Of a stretch of DNA of 64,000 nt, positions 60,589-64,000 are shown in pieces (position 1 is the stretch's first letter; every line of letters begins with the position of its first letter). The position numbers and the translations under genes were made by a program. The stretch comes from Vermamoeba vermiformis. Its lineage: Eukaryota. Location of the stretch: the NCBI GenBank assembly GCA_045837725.1, contig JBEWZL010000126.1, positions 186,001 through 250,000 of the forward strand, in the 5' to 3' direction. Below the pieces are notes generated by a model. The model was not told the DNA's origin, searched no databases, and saw nothing but the letters and a program-made list of their open reading frames with translations.

Positions 60589-63008
60589 TCAATCACTATT
60601 CAGTGAACTGCTCGTGCTGTACGGGATGTAAGTGAAACTGCCGTAATTCATGCCCGAGCTCGCTACTGAGCCTATTAAGGACCCAGTCTCGTCATCTGAA
60701 TCGTAGCGCAACGGATTTCTGAACACTTGCGCTGATTGGCCCAAATCAACTATGCGAAAAAAGTGGGCATGTTAGCGACACTTTTTCTATATTAGGAGTA
60801 GATAGATTGACGTACCTTCAGGATTATTTACAAAAGGAAGAGGGTTCTTGAAGAGATGAGGGTAGTTCAGCGGCGTTGAATTGTTAGTCTTGATGACCGT
60901 GCGAGGCGAAGGTGAGGGGATCTGCCAAAAAAAATTGTTAATGAGTTTCCTACGAATTACATATTGCTGAAGCCACAATAGAATACTCATTGTGTATATT
61001 GTACGCATAATAATGCTTCGAGTTGAAGAAAGTAAGATGTTTTGCGGTGGATTTGGTTCCGACCATTCGACGGAAAATTCTTGCAAAGACTTACCTTATA
61101 GAACAACATCAACACTATGATCGCTGGTGCAATTTCCCAAACAAAATACAAAAAGCACGTGATCAGATCTTCAACCCAGTTGTCCTGTTACGCATCATAG
61201 CATTAGACAGATCCTTGGTAAAAGTATTAATTGACTGCAGTGTACGTACCATAGTATTGCCAAATGTAGGCATGTGAATTTTGTACGAGCCCAAATTGAA
61301 CGAGCAATCATCCGACAAGACGCAAATAAAATCGATGATAGATCTGCTCGTGAAAATGCACACGAGAAGAATAACCACCGTAGTCAACTTCGTCACACTG
61401 ATGCTTTGTAATTGTGGAATCTAAGCAGAATACGTTAGTACCATTTCATTCAAAAGGTAAAATGGATCTAGATCGGGATCGACACTTTGCAACAAAAAAA
61501 TTAATAAGCATAAGTTCGTACCTGATTTTTAGCATTAAGCATCAACTTTCGGACACGGTGACCATAACCAGCTACTACCGCCATCAATATAAAGAACACA
61601 CCAGCTGAGAATAGTTCGCGTGCTTTGTTGATCCACGGAGGCAATCGCGGTCCGTTGATAGGTTGTAAAGCCATTGTACGAACACCAAAGAATAAAGATA
61701 CTGTAAAAAGATTATGAATCATTAGTACCTGCCGGCTATTACTATGATCCTTGAATATTATAAGATTTGATAACTATCGAAAAGAATTGCACACGCGGCA
61801 AAAACGGATCTAACACGAGATCCGAAACGTTAGAATTGGCTTTAATTTTATAAATTGCTAATATAGCGTTGTTATAGTATTGATCTATTGTATAATATGA
61901 TACGTACCTAAAAACAACGCCAATAGAGTAATATTTACAAATATGAACAAAAAAGTCGCTTTCTTTTTCCAGCTCTCCTCCCATGTCTTCTTATGAATGA
62001 CCGCGACAAAAAATAAAACGAGAAACAAAAATGTCGCAAATTGAATATTAATAGGGAACCTAATAAAGAAAAAATGGTCAGCAGCTGGATCCACTCCACG
62101 ACAAAACTTTAAATTCGTATTTAGAAGCTGTAATATAAATATTTTGCAATGCTATTCCTCGAGCAATAAAATATGAGGCGCTTCAGCGAAGCATAAAAAT
62201 AGGAAAATTGGAAAAATAATTGGATCTGCTTAAAAAACGATCCACTGCGGTTACTACTGCCATACTATTGTTAATTATATTAGTATAATACGTACCAATA
62301 CAAGGCAATGCCCATTTGAAGCTCCATATTCCAAAATTGATAGAAAAAGAAATAGACCGTCCTTAGAAGGCATTCTAATAAACACATAAACATGAATCCG
62401 AATTGGAATGAAAATATCTTATGCCTATAATACAAATTATAATTAGTAAAGTCGACGGAGAAACCTTAACGGATCTGATTAATTTTTCGCTAGATTCGGT
62501 TTAATTTGGGAAGATAGTTCTTTGGAAATTTAATTGTTGCGATAATTTGACTTCATAACATTCAATATAGCTATTAAATGTAATGCCAATAACGTCGGAT
62601 AAATTTAAGCGCTTGTGGTCCAGATTGGATCTAATCCACCGGTTAAAATCAAGACCACGCAAATTTGTATTTGCATAATTTTGCTATTAATTAATTCACT
62701 ATAATTAATTATCTTTACGCTTCCAATTCGCTAACAAGCATTTAAAAATTAAAATTAAATTTGTGATAGAATTGCTATTTCGTGTAGTACGATCCGTATC
62801 AGCGTTTTGGCATTACTTCGCATACAAGCGAATATATTACTCCATAATTATTATGAATTAATGCGTGAAACAGTAAAATAACATACCTGAAGCAGATCAG
62901 GCGCAAGATTTGCACTCCAATCACCACGGAGAGCACAAAATAACAAATGGATAATCCAAATGTAAAGCTCTCCACGGATATAGACTCCAATAGCCTAGTT
63001 GTGGTCAT
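60589..63008 (-). CDS. TOM1/TOM3/THH1 (GPR137-like) multi-pass membrane protein (start approximate)
   Basis: 'YFVLSVVIGVQILRL', 'CLLRTVYFF', 'FPINIQFATFLFLVLFF', 'LVCIFTSRSIIDF' and a Ser-rich tail; about 7 hydrophobic segments over many exons. Confidence 0.72.
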
Positions 63009-63539
63009 CGACGCATCTGCAACATTACAAAAAAGAGACAATTTTAGCCTACCATTTTAATCGTAAAATTCTACCGAAAATACCAACTGATACATATTTA
63101 CTCAGTACCTTAGGTACAGCTACACTACAAAGACTCAAGATGATTGTTCGTGAAACCTGGCAAATCCACCTGTGGACCGAGAAGCTTTACTTTCTGGCTG
63201 CTTTGGATTAGATAGGCTAATAATTTATTGATTAAATTATTTGCAATTGTGCTCTTTTCACTTAGGGTGAGCTCTCCGAGATCTGTGCACGAAAATTCCA
63301 TGGGACGCGTCATTGGTACCAATGACTGGTTCCAATGGCCCGCACCGACGAATAATTAATTGATTAGCTTCTTGGATGGAACGTTCAGCCACTATTGCTT
63401 ACATACTTTAAGTGACGGTATTATTTACGCGGACCCTAAAGCTTCCAGTAATGACATCCCGAAGAAAATTGTTGTGGATCGGTAAGAAAAATAAATTTAA
63501 AGTATTACTCGGAAAAATATTGACAAAATTATTTTAGGG

Positions 63540-64000
63540 TTGGTTGTCTTATTTAGCGGGTGTTACTCTCAGCTTCTTTCAGCACCACGCTTTGCAACAG
63601 AATTTGGCTCAAAACGACTTCTGAACAGCTACGCAACCATAAATCAACACTTAGAAATTGTTGAATATAATGCGGATTTATCAATTAGCTTCACACACCA
63701 GATTCAAGACGAACAAAGTGGTTGGTGGGATGTGGCGTCGTGTGATCACTATTATTTAACATTATCAAGCACACAAGATAACTTCATGACGTTAAATATA
63801 TTCACACTGCATAACAGCTCTGCCGAAGAGCTCAATCAAACAACAATCCCACTCAACGTTACAAGATCTGCACTGTAAGAGACAATAATTTACTTATTAA
63901 ATTCTAGTAATTTATTAATAGCGTATAATAATTATTTTAGGCTGCACATTGCAGTATCGCCCTCTGGAAGAAATTTTGTATTTTTGAATGGTTCGCACTT
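63540..64000 (+). CDS. Uncharacterised gene, partial (runs off the window)
   Basis: 112-aa exon flanked by ttttag and gtaag; the next acceptor is at about 63940. Confidence 0.4.

Overview
AT-rich, intron-rich eukaryotic DNA with short GT-AG introns and about 22 compact genes. A Sib/integrin-beta-like adhesin and MrfA/MYRF-like genes suggest an amoebozoan-type protist (inference). Recognisable genes: an Ig/cadherin-repeat adhesin, diacylglycerol kinase, an ACAP-type ArfGAP, PRC1/MAP65, a PhoD-C2 phosphatase with a 5S rRNA gene in one intron, importin-13/transportin-3, a RING plus 17 TRAF-finger protein, six F-box-like genes, a divergent intronless actin and a TOM1/GPR137-like membrane protein. 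The main discovery candidate is a three-member family. Two divergently oriented genes (23326-26293 minus, 31442-34173 plus) encode [putative DNA-binding domain]-[Ser/acidic linker]-[peptidase S74/ICA self-cleaving chaperone with intact Ser-Lys dyad]-[coiled coil]-[TM]-[plant-type LRR ectodomain]. These look like MYRF-like self-releasing transcription factors fused to an LRR sensor. A third paralog (3665-4353) has only the part that would be released. Associated signals are a +1 frame break at the same place in both genes, a gene-conversion-like tract over the cleavage exon, a duplicated splice acceptor and an intronic palindrome TTGACACGTGTCAA. Many other single-base frame breaks suggest consensus errors, so all frameshift claims need read or RNA confirmation. 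Exon boundaries were read by eye and no searches were run.
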